A DNA stretch of 63,832 nucleotides, counting the filler, from Globobulimina sp. (taxonomy: Eukaryota), in NCBI GenBank assembly GCA_003354225.1. It is 55 parts of 55 records of this genome, joined end to end, with 100 filler letters (N's around TTAATTAATTAA, not from the genome) between each part and the next. Parts side by side here need not be neighbours in the genome. Positions count along the whole stretch, not along the records: positions 23,261 to 24,323 come from PIVH01024509.1; positions 24,424 to 25,486 come from PIVH01024510.1; positions 25,587 to 26,649 come from PIVH01024511.1; positions 26,750 to 27,812 come from PIVH01024512.1; positions 27,913 to 28,974 come from PIVH01024513.1; positions 29,075 to 30,136 come from PIVH01024514.1; positions 30,237 to 31,298 come from PIVH01024515.1; positions 31,399 to 32,460 come from PIVH01024516.1; 47 more parts are not named here. One strand, given 5' to 3'. Made by a program: the position numbers and the translations under genes. The notes beneath the pieces are model-generated. The model had not been told where the DNA came from and searched no databases. It saw only the letters and a list, made by a program, of their open reading frames with translations. Shown here piece by piece: positions 23,303 to 34,885 of this stretch; position 1 is the stretch's first letter, and the number at the start of each line of letters is the position of its first letter.

Positions 23303-23791
23303 ATGAGTATAGAAAGTTGCTTATCCAATTTTGAAGACGGATATCGCCCAAATAGATTTCAAGTTGAAATAGACGGTGTTGATACAAAATTAAAATTTTT
23401 GTGTCGATCAGCAACAATTCCTTCTTCAGAAATAGGTGTAATAGATGTTCCATATCAAGGACTTTCTGTTCCTGTTCCTGGTGATAGACCGGGCGGTAGA
23501 ACATGGGAATTAGAAATATTTGCTGACACAAATTTTGCTGTAAGAAGTGATTTAGAATTGTGGCAGGAGTTAGTGAGACCACAAGAAATTCCTGGAGGAT
23601 TAAATGTTGTTGGAGCTATGAGGACAGCAACAGTTGATTTACTTGGAACAAATAATGAAATATTAAGAACATATAGAATGTTAAGATGTTGGCCTTCTGT
23701 TTTAGGGGAAATGGCTCTTTCGCACGATACAACAGATACGATTGCTATTTATCCTGTAACATTTACTTTTACCAGTTGGACAACTTTATAA
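23303..23791 (+). CDS. T4-like phage tail tube protein (gp19 family)
   Basis: RPNRFQVEI, FLCRSATIP, DVPYQG...PGDR, DTNFAVR..LELWQ, CWPSVLGEMALSHD, VTFTFTSW; AAGGA RBS. Confidence 0.9.
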   Translation: MSIESCLSNFEDGYRPNRFQVEIDGVDTKLKFLCRSATIPSSEIGVIDVPYQGLSVPVPGDRPGGRTWELEIFADTNFAVRSDLELWQELVRPQEIPGGLNVVGAMRTATVDLLGTNNEILRTYRMLRCWPSVLGEMALSHDTTDTIAIYPVTFTFTSWTTL

Positions 23792-23810
23792 TATAAAGGA
23801 AAAATAAAAA

Positions 23811-24323
23811 ATGCCAGTCTTTATAAGCCCGGAAGCAAAAATTACAGAAACTAATGTTTCAAATTTCACATCAAACCCAACAGCGAATAGAGGTGGGATG
23901 GTTGGTGAATTTGAGACAGGACCTTGTTTCGAATTAACAACAATAAGCTCAACCACTTCATTTGAATCAACTTTCGGTTTACCTGATTCAAATAATTATA
24001 AATATTTTTTCACAGGATGGAATTTTTTACAATATTCTAATAATTTGCAAGTTGTTAGAACAATAGGTAAAACTTCTCTTAATGCAGGAATGGCATTTAA
24101 ACAAATTGATGCCGCTGCACCAACACCAACTGAAGATACTATAACAAGATTAAATTCATCTGATGATCCTACGGTAAGTTTTTTAACTGATGATAAAATT
24201 AGTTTTTTTCATAAATATCCAGGCACAAAAGGAAATGATTATAAAGTTGGTGTCGCTAATTATGAAGATTTTGATCCAATTAAATTAACACATGGAGCAG
24301 TAACAAATGGTCCATTTCTTGTT
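23811..24323 (+). CDS. T4-like phage tail sheath protein (gp18 family), N-terminal part
   Basis: FISP...ETNVS, GGMVGEFETGP, FGLPDSNNY...NFLQYSNNLQVVR, KYPGTKGN; AAGGA RBS. Confidence 0.9.
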
Positions 24324-24423
24324 NNNNNNNNNNNNNNNNNNNNNNNNNNNNNNNNNNNNNNNNNNNNTTAATTAATTAANNNNNNNNNNNNNNNNNNNNN
24401 NNNNNNNNNNNNNNNNNNNNNNN

Positions 24424-25486
24424 ATTGTCGGAATTTATCCCAAATATTTGCGACTTCTTTGATAAATATATAAACTGCAATGGCACTGACAACAATATCG
24501 TAGATTGGGGCTCCTTTGAACAACGCCTGCAAATCACCAAAGTGGTCGATATCGAGGAAAGAATCTGGTCGCCGATGTTTGGTATTTGCGGCAATATCGA
24601 TGCCACCATTCAAAGTAAAACGAAACGACACTTATCTTCGTTGGAACGTCAGCATGCTAAAAATGGCAAATTGGCGCATACACAGAATCAAAATGATCCG
24701 AATGTTGATTTTTTGTGTAAGTTATTACCATTTGAACTCAAGACTGGTAAAGAAAACCCAATCTCGAAAATGAAGGCCAGGGCGCAATTGGCATTATATT
24801 CGTTGATGTTGGCGGACAGATATGACACCTCTACGGATGGCGGCTTTTTATATTATCTTAAAACCGGACATTTAATGGGTATCCCATTGCCGCATCAAGA
24901 GATTCGAGCATTATTAATACGGCGGAACTTCTTAGCAAAATATTTCAATTCGCATCCAAAAATTGATCGATATGAGGAAGCTGACGACATTAAGGAGGAC
25001 GTTAAGGACGTTAATAAACGCAAATGTAAACAGAAAGAGCTGCCAGAACTATTAACATTGCCTCAGAAGCGAGTGTGTTCGAATTGTTTTTCTAAAACAG
25101 AATGCTTTCTGTATCATAAAGTACAATGTTATAACAATAATATTGAAGATATTTGTAAGGAGAATATAACATCGACCACCATTTATAGCGAGCTTGTGAG
25201 CCATTTGAATGATACGCATTTGGAATATATGAATAAATGGATCGAATTAATTGATTTGGAGGAGACCTATTGTTTGGGCACAAGGCATGAAATCTGGGCA
25301 ATGGATTCAGTGAAAAGAGAATTAAAAAGTGGCAAATGTTTGGCAAATATGATTATATCTCATCATGAAATTGATCAATTTAAACATATTTATACATTTG
25401 TAAGACATCCCGATTATTATCAGCAGCATAGCAATAAATATCGCGCTGGAGGCATCAGCAAACATCCCTTTCATGGCGGCGACAAT
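24424..25486 (+). CDS. DNA2: DNA2 nuclease/helicase, nuclease region (internal fragment)
   Basis: DIEERIWSPMFGICGNIDAT, PFELKTGK, AQLALYSLM, LLIRRNFLA, CSNCFSKTEC Fe-S cysteines, WIELIDLEE. Confidence 0.93.
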
Positions 25487-25586
25487 NNNNNNNNNNNNNN
25501 NNNNNNNNNNNNNNNNNNNNNNNNNNNNNNTTAATTAATTAANNNNNNNNNNNNNNNNNNNNNNNNNNNNNNNNNNNNNNNNNNNN

Positions 25587-26127
25587 CTGACTTTTGAGGT
25601 TGTTGTGATGAGTGTGAGTTGTGTGAATTATATTCGGTCGATCTTGATTTATTATATGATTTATTATAATATGAGTTGTTTACTGTTTGTTGCTCATTTT
25701 GATTATTGTTAGAATTGCTATTATATCGCTTCGCATTTGTTGGATTGGTTGCTGTTTTTGAGTTATTTGAAGTATATTTGTTATATTTATTTTGTTTCAT
25801 ATCATCATTGGAATTATTTGGGTAATATTTGTTATATTTATTGCTTGAATTGGATTGTGTTAATGAATATTGTTTAGAATTATTATTATTATTTCCATTG
25901 TTTTTATTTATTTCGTTTTTGTTGAATCCATCGGATATTGGTCTTGCTGTCCTTGATGAATTTGACGATTTAGTATTGCTAATTTCATTTACTTTGTTAT
26001 TCATTCTTCTCGAACGTGATCGATGATTGTTATTCATTGTCGTCGCGTCACTCGATGTCGTATATGTTCTCAACGTGGAACCAAATGCAGTTTGTGAATT
26101 ATATGAACGAAATCTCCGATTTGCCAT
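25587..26127 (-). CDS. Asn/Ser-rich low-complexity protein, N-terminus
   Basis: ATG-initiated ORF open to the contig end. Confidence 0.55.
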
Positions 26128-26192
26128 TGTTTACGAACGGAAATTCCTAGTTTCGAGTTTTTAGCATTTTAAAAAAAATCATCAACATAACC

Positions 26193-26649
26193 ATGGACGC
26201 TACTTTATTGTTTCTGATGTCTACAATTTTGTTGATAGTGAATGCCAACACCGATGAAGAGCAACAAGGTTACTTTGTGCCAATTAATTACATATATAAC
26301 ACCATACAAAAAAACACTATAAAATAAAAACCAACCATTCAGCAATTGACTCATTTTACGACGAAACAACTGAATCTGACTGGATCATATTAGCAGGAGA
26401 CGTAATCGATGATTTTGCCTCTAAATGGGACGAAAATGAGAAATGGGACACCATCAATGAAGATGTTGAAACCCAAAAAGGTCATTATATCACACGAAAA
26501 TGTGAAAATATCTTTGGTAATGCATTATGTTTATGTCAATTTGAAAAATTAGAAAAAATCCATAATTGCCATAGTGGCGGCAAAAAAGAAACCAAAAAAC
26601 AACAACGTTTACGCTCCCGATATATTCGGCGCCAAAACGGCCCAAACCC
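26193..26649 (+). CDS. Secreted hypothetical protein, intron 26269-26342 (not in ORF track)
   Basis: Signal peptide MDATLLFLMSTILLIVNA; removing a 74-nt GT-AG intron gives a continuous frame (AIDSFYDETTESDWII...). Confidence 0.6.
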
Positions 26650-26796
26650 NNNNNNNNNNNNNNNNNNNNNNNNNNNNNNNNNNNNNNNNNNNNTTAATTA
26701 ATTAANNNNNNNNNNNNNNNNNNNNNNNNNNNNNNNNNNNNNNNNNNNNATCATTGTAATAAAGAGCAGAGCGATCATTATATCAGAACGGTTATT

Positions 26797-27645
26797 TTGC
26801 GGGACATAATTGGCTTTAAAAGCTGGCCATTGTGTGCTAAACCAAAATATAATCGTGCTTCTGACTGGGCGCAAGTTCCGGAGTTCCTGTGGGTATGGCT
26901 TACACATGAAATTAAACATGCAATATCCAAAAATGAGTTGTTTGTATCCGAGTGCCGAGATATTATTAAAAGTATTCAGATGAAACAGTATGACAGATTT
27001 GAACATGTCGCGGAAGTGTTGTATATATTAACAAATTATACGAATATCGACGACTCAGTGTATAGTTTCTTTAATTTCAAGGTTATGAGGGAGTTTTTGT
27101 TTCAACTCTTGAGTTCAACTGAGTATGGAGTGGTGGCGTGGCAGGTATTGGATCAAGAAATGAATGTTTTACAACGTGAACATATTAAGTGGTATTGGAT
27201 AGTTCATGGTTTTGTGAAAGAAATAAATTTACAGCCAAAAAATGGAAATGCATTGCAATCATTGATGAGTGTACCTACAGTTATTGTTGATGAATGTTAT
27301 CGATTTTATTATGATAAAAATGAACCATATTTTTTTTCATCAGTGCTAGATATTACATTGAAGAAAAGGTCATTGGTTACATGCGTTGAATCAAAATGTA
27401 ACTGGTTTAAATGGAATATGGTGTCATATTTGAGTGTTTTGAAAAAAAAAGAAGAAGGAAATATAGAAATTGCAAGATTACATTTGCAAATTGCAACCAA
27501 AACGTGTTGGAAAATAAATCAGTTATTTAAGGATGAATTGATTAAATTCAATAAACTCTATCGCAAAATTGTTCGTACACCAATCTTACAACCAATTTTA
27601 AATGAACTTAAAAATATTAATCCCAGAAATCACTGGGAAGAATAA
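26797..27645 (+). CDS. Hypothetical protein, C-terminal part
   Basis: 282-aa ORF; no family recognised. Confidence 0.5.
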   Translation: MRDIIGFKSWPLCAKPKYNRASDWAQVPEFLWVWLTHEIKHAISKNELFVSECRDIIKSIQMKQYDRFEHVAEVLYILTNYTNIDDSVYSFFNFKVMREFLFQLLSSTEYGVVAWQVLDQEMNVLQREHIKWYWIVHGFVKEINLQPKNGNALQSLMSVPTVIVDECYRFYYDKNEPYFFSSVLDITLKKRSLVTCVESKCNWFKWNMVSYLSVLKKKEEGNIEIARLHLQIATKTCWKINQLFKDELIKFNKLYRKIVRTPILQPILNELKNINPRNHWEE

Positions 27646-27771
27646 AAAATATTATTAAGCTGTTAACATTAATATGAATCTCTGCTGGATCTGGAAGTGA
27701 TTCTTAATTTAATTTATTTCTGTTTATTTTTCAGTTTTAAAAAAAATGATTCAATTTTGAAATGCATTTAG

Positions 27772-27805
27772 GGGTTGTTCTTATATTGCAATATAAGAAC
27801 AACCC
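27772..27805. repeat. 34-bp perfect palindrome
   Basis: GGGTTGTTCTTATATTG|CAATATAAGAACAACCC. Confidence 0.95.
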
Positions 27806-27912
27806 TTTATATNNNNNNNNNNNNNNNNNNNNNNNNNNNNNNNNNNNNNNNNNNNNTTAATTAATTAANNNNNNNNNNNNNNNNNNNNNNNNNNNNNNNN
27901 NNNNNNNNNNNN

Positions 27913-28111
27913 TTCCCCTCCCAAATTTTCCTGCCGAAACCGATGACGCAACCTTTATCCCGAAATCAGTATAATCAACCGACTCTTCAATGTGAGTACC
28001 AATATCCTCAACGTCAATCCCTTTTTCAACAAGATACTTTTTTATCTTCTCTTTTAATGAATAAGCAGCATGATCGCTTCCGATGATAATTGGCGTATTG
28101 TTTCCGGTCAT
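27913..28111 (-). CDS. rpiB: Ribose-5-phosphate isomerase B, bacterial, 3'-partial
   Basis: IIIGSDHAAYSLKEKIK...DIGTH..ESVDYTDFG..VA...GRG; TAAGGAG RBS. Confidence 0.93.
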
Positions 28112-28444
28112 TAATCTAACTCCTTATTTATTCATTTCGCCTTAAAAAAGTAATGTTTTATCACTTCCCCCAATACAACCTGTAAATATAAAATCAAATT
28201 TCAATAATCGCAATAATAAATTTATATTGATAGATCAAGATGCAAATTAAATAAATACAAATATTTCATCAAATCGGGTGAAAAAAAATAATAGGGCCCG
28301 CCAAGCGGGTTATTTTCGCCAGGTAGGAGAATAGAATTCGGTAGTCATACGAGTGGAAGTGAAAAAATAGGGCCATATCTATTCAGGGGGTATGTTCGTC
28401 TTTATAATTCTTTATTATTTGCAATGCTATAAACAAATTGTAAT

Positions 28445-28553
28445 GATTGAGGAATTGTGAATTCAAGAATTTAGGAATTGATTGTATTCTGTCATTTTAA
28501 AATGGAATATTCATTTAATCCCTGAATTCCTAAATTCCATAATTCCTAAATTT
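28445..28553. repeat. Intergenic inverted-repeat element built from GGAATT/AATTCC units
   Basis: gaatttaggaatt ... aattcctaaattc arms. Confidence 0.7.
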
Positions 28554-28685
28554 TTAATATTTTATTAACACCTTACAATACGAACCGAATACTTTTTGAT
28601 GACTATGAAGTACCCCCGGGAATGAATACGTTAAATCAGTTATCCGGGAGTCTCCTTTTCTAACTTGAAATCGCGGAGTATGACA

Positions 28686-28974
28686 ATGTCAAAAAAAATT
28701 CAAAAATTCAATCTGTCTGAAGGATATCTTGTTGTTGACAGGAAAAAATGCACGGGTTGCACAGTGTGTATGCATGCCTGTACGCTTGTACATGAGGGAT
28801 GCACGAACCTGTCATTTTCAAGAATCCAGATTGTTCAGGACTCCTTCAAACCCTATCCGGACGACATTTCTTTAAACATCTGCAGGCAATGCTCAAAACC
28901 TGATTGTGTAAACGCATGTCCCACAGAAGCTATGTTTGTTGACAGCAAAAACGGAAATGTACGGATCATTGATG
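28686..28974 (+). CDS. 4Fe-4S dicluster protein (DmsB/NrfC-type Fe-S subunit), bacterial, 3'-partial
   Basis: CTGCTVCMHAC, SRIQI, CRQCSKPDCVNACPTEAM; GGAG RBS. Confidence 0.9.
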
Positions 28975-29084
28975 NNNNNNNNNNNNNNNNNNNNNNNNNN
29001 NNNNNNNNNNNNNNNNNNTTAATTAATTAANNNNNNNNNNNNNNNNNNNNNNNNNNNNNNNNNNNNNNNNNNNNCTCAACAATA

Positions 29085-30136
29085 ATGTCGCTCACTAAAG
29101 CAGTCAAGTTTCGATTTCTAGCTGATCAATTAACACAATCTGAAATACATCAATTTGTTAATAAATTAGTAAATGGAAACAGTAACATTATTATCAAGGC
29201 ATTATTTAATCAAATATTAGATACAACAAATCAACAATCTGAGGCTGACAATATTAATAATACAATATCAAATATCATACAATCCCGAAAGAAAAAACCA
29301 AAACCGATTCCAAGCCATAATATTAAATTAGATCAATTACCAAAACAATCAATTGGTGTTACATCTTCATTTTTAGATCAAAATGATAATATTGCTTTTA
29401 GTAAAACAAATAGATGGATTTATTTAGGATGTAATTCCCCAAATTTATTACAAAAATTAGACTTAAAAGAAATTGAAAATTATTCATATATTAATTTCGG
29501 ATTATATCCATCTGTAAAAGATTTAACATTAAATTTAAACAAATTTAATGATGTAATACCTGCAATAAATAGTTTATCGGTAATGAATGGATTAGAAGCA
29601 ATTGAATTAAATGGAAAAGTAAAAAATGAGAATGAGTTTGTTATTGATAATTTTTTAGAATTTAAAGGGATATTAAATGTTGATAATATCACAAAATTAA
29701 GATGTTCAAATTTTGGAAATATTATTTTTCCAAATGATAAATGCATGAAAATATTGGCCAAATTTCCAAATGTTGAATATTTAGATTTGTACGCAGTTTA
29801 TGCTGTGTTGAATACTAAAACAATTAAAGATTTATACCCAAATTTAAAAGGTTTAAAAGTGTCTGGTGTTTATGAAACAGTGAGTCGATTACTAATAAAT
29901 ATATTTGGAAATAATTTAGATTTTTTAGGATTCACTCAATATGATAATAACTTTGATTATAATTTACAAAATACGAATTTTAGTAAATTAGAAGAATTAA
30001 AATTAGCGAGACCAACAATTAAATCAATGAGTGATATATTATTAACTGCTAAAAATATAAAAAAAGTTGTTATTGTATCAACTTGCAAAGGAAAAACATT
30101 TCTGACACCGAAAGCAACAAAACAAACAATGATAAC
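29085..30136 (+). CDS. F-box-like/LRR-like protein, 3'-partial
   Basis: LDQLPKQSIGVTSSFLD followed by LxxLxL repeats. Confidence 0.6.
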
Positions 30137-30409
30137 NNNNNNNNNNNNNNNNNNNNNNNNNNNNNNNNNNNNNNNNNNNNTTAATTAATTAANNNNNNNN
30201 NNNNNNNNNNNNNNNNNNNNNNNNNNNNNNNNNNNNTTTTAAGTGATAATTTAAAAAAGTTTTTAGAAATCACTGACATCAAAAAAAAATACTATAAAAT
30301 GATTATTAGTAGTTCATGAATTAATAAATATAAGTAAAATTTCACTGATTCGCTGGCTAGCCAGCGGGTACTTCACTTGTAACATATAATAAACAGATTT
30401 AATCTTCAG

Positions 30410-31298
30410 ATTTTAACATTGGATTAAAATTTTATTATTGGGAGCATTACAAAAATAAGCAAGAATATGTGGATAAGAAATACTGTGACATTAAGCAAGA
30501 AATATTAAATAATTCCATTTATAAATTGGATAAACGCAAATATGATATAATAATGAGAAAAGCAGAGAAATTGATAGATACAGCTTACGCAAAATCAATC
30601 AGAGCAGATTTTGTTAAAGATCACCATTATGGAATTGCGAAAGGTGTCAATATAGGACTACCAAATATATTTTCCATGCTTTTATATGTCGATCATCATA
30701 TTTTAGCGGAACATTTACTGAAAACATTTTGCGCGCAAAGGCCAAATGAACAGTTATTTTCAATCAAAAAAAGGCATCGCCAGTTTCGAAATTGGAGCTG
30801 TTTGTTGCGAGAAACTGTGGATTATTTTGGTGTCAACGCAAGTGAATTAAATTCGTGTTATGTTGGTTGTAAATATGTTGTTGCACCGTCAATATCATTG
30901 CGTTTACGATCAGCAACGTCAACCAGCAAACGGTTAGCAGTGGCAATGCGATTTATAAATGATATAAAAAATGGAATGATTCTGGAAATAAAACATAACG
31001 AACATGGCAGCAATGATATGAAGGGATTCGTATGTCACTGGCTAAGCAATTTTAGCGGGGAATATGAGGTGGTATTCATGGGAGGAAAACATACCATGCA
31101 AATCAGCTCAATTCGTAACGTGGCCACCAATGCCAATTTTGGAAATTATTTTGGTTGATTGTATTACTTTGATTTGATGTTAATGGGAATAAAAATATCA
31201 TGGATGGAATCGCAAGCAATCACAAATAATGATTATGAATTATTAAATGATATAATAACTAGGCAAACAACCTCGACATCAAAGACAAAGAATGCATT
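30410..31298 (+). CDS. ADP-ribosyltransferase-like protein, with in-frame TGA at 31156-31158
   Basis: TSTSKRLAVAMRF, GMILEI, WLSNFSGEYEVVFMGG; paralog of 34886-35946. Confidence 0.6.
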
Positions 31299-31398
31299 NN
31301 NNNNNNNNNNNNNNNNNNNNNNNNNNNNNNNNNNNNNNNNNNTTAATTAATTAANNNNNNNNNNNNNNNNNNNNNNNNNNNNNNNNNNNNNNNNNNNN

Positions 31399-31725
31399 TG
31401 TTTTCTTTCTGCCAATATCGCCGGTAAATGATGCTAAGGTCATGTTACTGGATGAACGATATGGCAGTGTGGATACCATGGTGGATGATCCACTCCCAAA
31501 AGATAAGTTAGATGACGCTCCTCGAGGTTCAGTATCAGTATCAGTCAAATTATTGGTATTTTGCTGTTGCTCTTCCTTTTGTATGCTTTGTGTTATGCAT
31601 AGATAGAAAATAATAGCCGTCAACACAAAAAAGCAAACAAAAACGATAGCGATTAGAATGGCTGGATTGATTTCATCATCCATTATCAGGTACGTTTTAT
31701 TCCAAATAGAAATAGTTACATTCAA
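31399..31725 (-). CDS. Single-pass membrane hypothetical protein, N-terminus
   Basis: AILIAIVFVCFFVLTAIIFYLCI. Confidence 0.5.
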
Positions 31726-31932
31726 TTGTCCGATCTGGAATCGCTATTTTATTCACCGGAACTATGATTTGCGTAATTGCGTCAGGATGGGAATTATAAT
31801 TAGCAGCTGTAATAGATGCATTGTTGACATTATTGAGATAGGGTGGGGGTGCCCCGGGTGATGGTTATGCTTTGCAAAAGATCGTTGATTGATTTATACA
31901 GAATTAAATATTCCCTAACAACAAACTATCAG

Positions 31933-32460
31933 TTAATGACTGTTAATTTTGTGGTTGAAGTGTTGATTTCTTTGTAATCTTTGCATTGAAATTGTAGTTT
32001 TATTCAATTCATTTCGTAGATTTTTATTTTCATTGAGTACTAATGTTTCTTTATTTTGATATTTCTGATTCAATGATTTCAAATTTTCAATTGTTTGATT
32101 CAAAGAATAAAGATCGTTTTCAGCGTTGCTTAATTTTTTTTTAATATTATTATTTTGAGAGTTAATATTTTTTTCTTGATTTGCGATATTTTGTATTTTT
32201 GTTTGCAATGTAATATTAGCAGTAATCAATGATTTATTTTCTGTTTGTAACTGATTGGTAATTTTTGTAAAATTATCAAATGTTTTTCTATTTTCTTCCT
32301 TCCATTTGGTTGATAATGATTCGTGTTTATTTATAATGTCTTTTGTTTTAATTTGTGAGCCATTGTATAAATTCTCTAAATTTATCAATTCGTTTTTATA
32401 ATTTTGTATGGTTGAAATGAATATATTTTCATTTTTATTTAATTTATTTGTTAGTTGTTC
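31933..32460 (-). CDS. Coiled-coil protein fragment
   Basis: Heptad N/K/Q/L-rich ORF. Confidence 0.5.
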   Translation of the reverse strand, partial: EQLTNKLNKNENIFISTIQNYKNELINLENLYNGSQIKTKDIINKHESLSTKWKEENRKTFDNFTKITNQLQTENKSLITANITLQTKIQNIANQEKNINSQNNNIKKKLSNAENDLYSLNQTIENLKSLNQKYQNKETLVLNENKNLRNELNKTTISMQRLQRNQHFNHKINSH

Positions 32461-32560
32461 NNNNNNNNNNNNNNNNNNNNNNNNNNNNNNNNNNNNNNNN
32501 NNNNTTAATTAATTAANNNNNNNNNNNNNNNNNNNNNNNNNNNNNNNNNNNNNNNNNNNN

Positions 32561-33622
32561 TTATTGGCGAGTTTGGTGTTAAGGAAATATTGCCTCCATC
32601 TGGTGGTCCGTGGGGTAGCTGTTACATTGATGACCAATACAAACAAACATTGGATCAAATATTTGGCACAGAATTGATGAATGAATTTAAAAAATGCCAT
32701 CCAAACATTTATATGCAAACGATTTATAATTTTCAACAATCAAAAATGTGCTTTGATGGCAAAAACAAGACTCATAATTGTCGGTTGCCTGGAGGTTTTA
32801 TTGCGTGGTTGGAGGATGATGCTAATATTGCTGACACAGAAGAATTTGTTGCATATTCTGTAATGAGCCAATCTGAGTTTAGATTATTTTCGTATATATA
32901 TGAATGTTGTTTGAGGCCAGTCAAAACTTTTTCTATTACAAAACACAACATGCATGATGTATATACACGAAAATAACATATGTTTTGCGGTATATAGTTT
33001 GGTGGAATTAAATGACGATATATTGCAATTAAGCAATATTGCATGGATATCTATGTTTGATCAGGTCATAGATCCCATAATAAAACATATTAAGATGTTG
33101 TTGAGCAAAGTAGTGATGATGCGAAACTGTAAATATTTGTGTTTAGTGGGAGGGTTATCGTGTTCACCATATTTTCGTTTGAAAATGCAAAATGAATTTG
33201 GACAAAAATCGAGATATAATTTGAGATTGATTATGCCGCATCGACCGCTATTATCTGTAGTTCAGGGCGCTGCATATTTTGGAATAACTAACAATTACAT
33301 CAAAGCAAGAAGAGTGGCTAAAACTTATGGTATCGGCGTTACTTTAACAGTTGCAAAAGCATTGAAAAGAGGAATTTCACAAAAATATATTGATAGCCAT
33401 AAATGCTATGACTCATATAATGGAACATTTAAAATCAATAATGGGTTTGGTGTAATTGTGAGTAAAGGAGATGAAATTTGGACAAATCAAGTAATAAAGA
33501 GACCTATGGCTAGACCTGGAATTGCCAGTCAATGTTCAATTAGAATATTGGCCATCAACGAAGTGAATCCTACAATATATAAACCAGAACATATTATAGC
33601 TCATTCAACGATGTATTTTGAC
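32561..33622 (+). CDS. HSPA12-like atypical Hsp70 (internal), intron about 32877-32997
   Basis: PPSGGPWGSCYID, LCLVGGLSCSPY, LSVVQGAAYFG, IKARRVAKTYGI. Confidence 0.85.
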
Positions 33623-34124
33623 NNNNNNNNNNNNNNNNNNNNNNNNNNNNNNNNNNNNNNNNNNNNTTAATTAATTAANNNNNNNNNNNNNNNNNNNNNN
33701 NNNNNNNNNNNNNNNNNNNNNNGTGCAATCAATGATAATTCAATTTAATATAATATATATTTTATTTTTATAATTCAAGTTATAATTACATTTATTTTAT
33801 ATATTTAGGTTCATCGATCAGTTTATCGCCTGCTGTCGACAATGCTTTTTTGTAACCTCCGTTGCTTTATCACCACACTATACATTAATTGCTACTTATT
33901 GCTGCCTAATTATTCTATTACCGCTGTGTGTGTGTCGTTTGATTTCTATTTTGTTTGGACAGTTTGTAAGATATTTTCTCTTTTTGAATGATGAGAAAAT
34001 GTTAAGATATTTATATTGTATATGTAAATAAATATGTGCATGCCGAATATTGTATATTTCCGTGAGCCTAAGATTCAAATGTGCTTCACATGTTTATTAT
34101 TACTCAAAAACTGTAACTAGTACC

Positions 34125-34784
34125 ATGTCACACTTAAATGTGTCCGACGACAGAACAAAACAACGATACAGTTCAGCGCCATATCCGGTAAAAGCAAAAA
34201 ATGGAATCAATATGCAAGCCGATGATAGCAAAGCGGAACATTCATCTGCATTTCCACGCACCTTTCAACACGGTGGATATTTGGATGTGCGAACCTCAGA
34301 CAAAAAACAATGGAAACGCAGATATTTTGTAGTGAATAATCATTTTTTATTATCCGCTGCCACGCCGCATGCCAAGAAGTTGGATCGTGTCATCCCTTTG
34401 GAGGGCTCCAATATTAAGTCAACCAACAAGTCTTCAGACATGACCTTCGAACTTTTTATACGGAAACATCAGTTACATTTTCGCGCCGCATCGCCAAAAC
34501 AGTGCACAAAATGGACCAACGCTATACAAAAAGCTTCGAAATTGAAAATTAAAGACATATATAGGTAAAAAAACTGCAAAATACATATTTATGCATGCGA
34601 TTGTGCGATATATATACATTAATACACAGGTTTTTATATACATTGGGAACGTCAGGAATGACCAAAGTGGTGGCAGCAAAGCACCGCACTTCCAACGAAG
34701 ACTCCGCCATAAAGATCATCGACAAGAGATTGTGCGATAAGAAGATGCTAAAAACAGAGATTCAAATCCTAAAAAAATTAGATA
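34125..34784 (+). CDS. PH-domain Ser/Thr kinase (CAMK-like), intron 34565-34629, 3'-partial
   Basis: GYL...WKRRYFVV...IPLEG...FRAAS...WTNAI (PH); spliced YRFLYTLGTSGMTKV...SAIKIIDK...LKTEIQILKKLD. Confidence 0.85.
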
Positions 34785-34885
34785 NNNNNNNNNNNNNNNN
34801 NNNNNNNNNNNNNNNNNNNNNNNNNNNNTTAATTAATTAANNNNNNNNNNNNNNNNNNNNNNNNNNNNNNNNNNNNNNNNNNNNG

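Noticed and set aside
17446-24323. One composite viral island (Maverick + Helitron + PLE + phage tail)
   Set aside because: Separate contigs adjacent only by length sorting
23303-24323. Extracellular contractile injection system or T6SS
   Set aside because: Motifs match T4-type gp19/gp18 more closely than Afp or Hcp/TssBC; no other evidence in 1 kb
24424-25486. Cas4 / CRISPR adaptation nuclease
   Set aside because: The Cas4-like fold is the DNA2 nuclease domain; DNA2-specific motifs are present and there is no array
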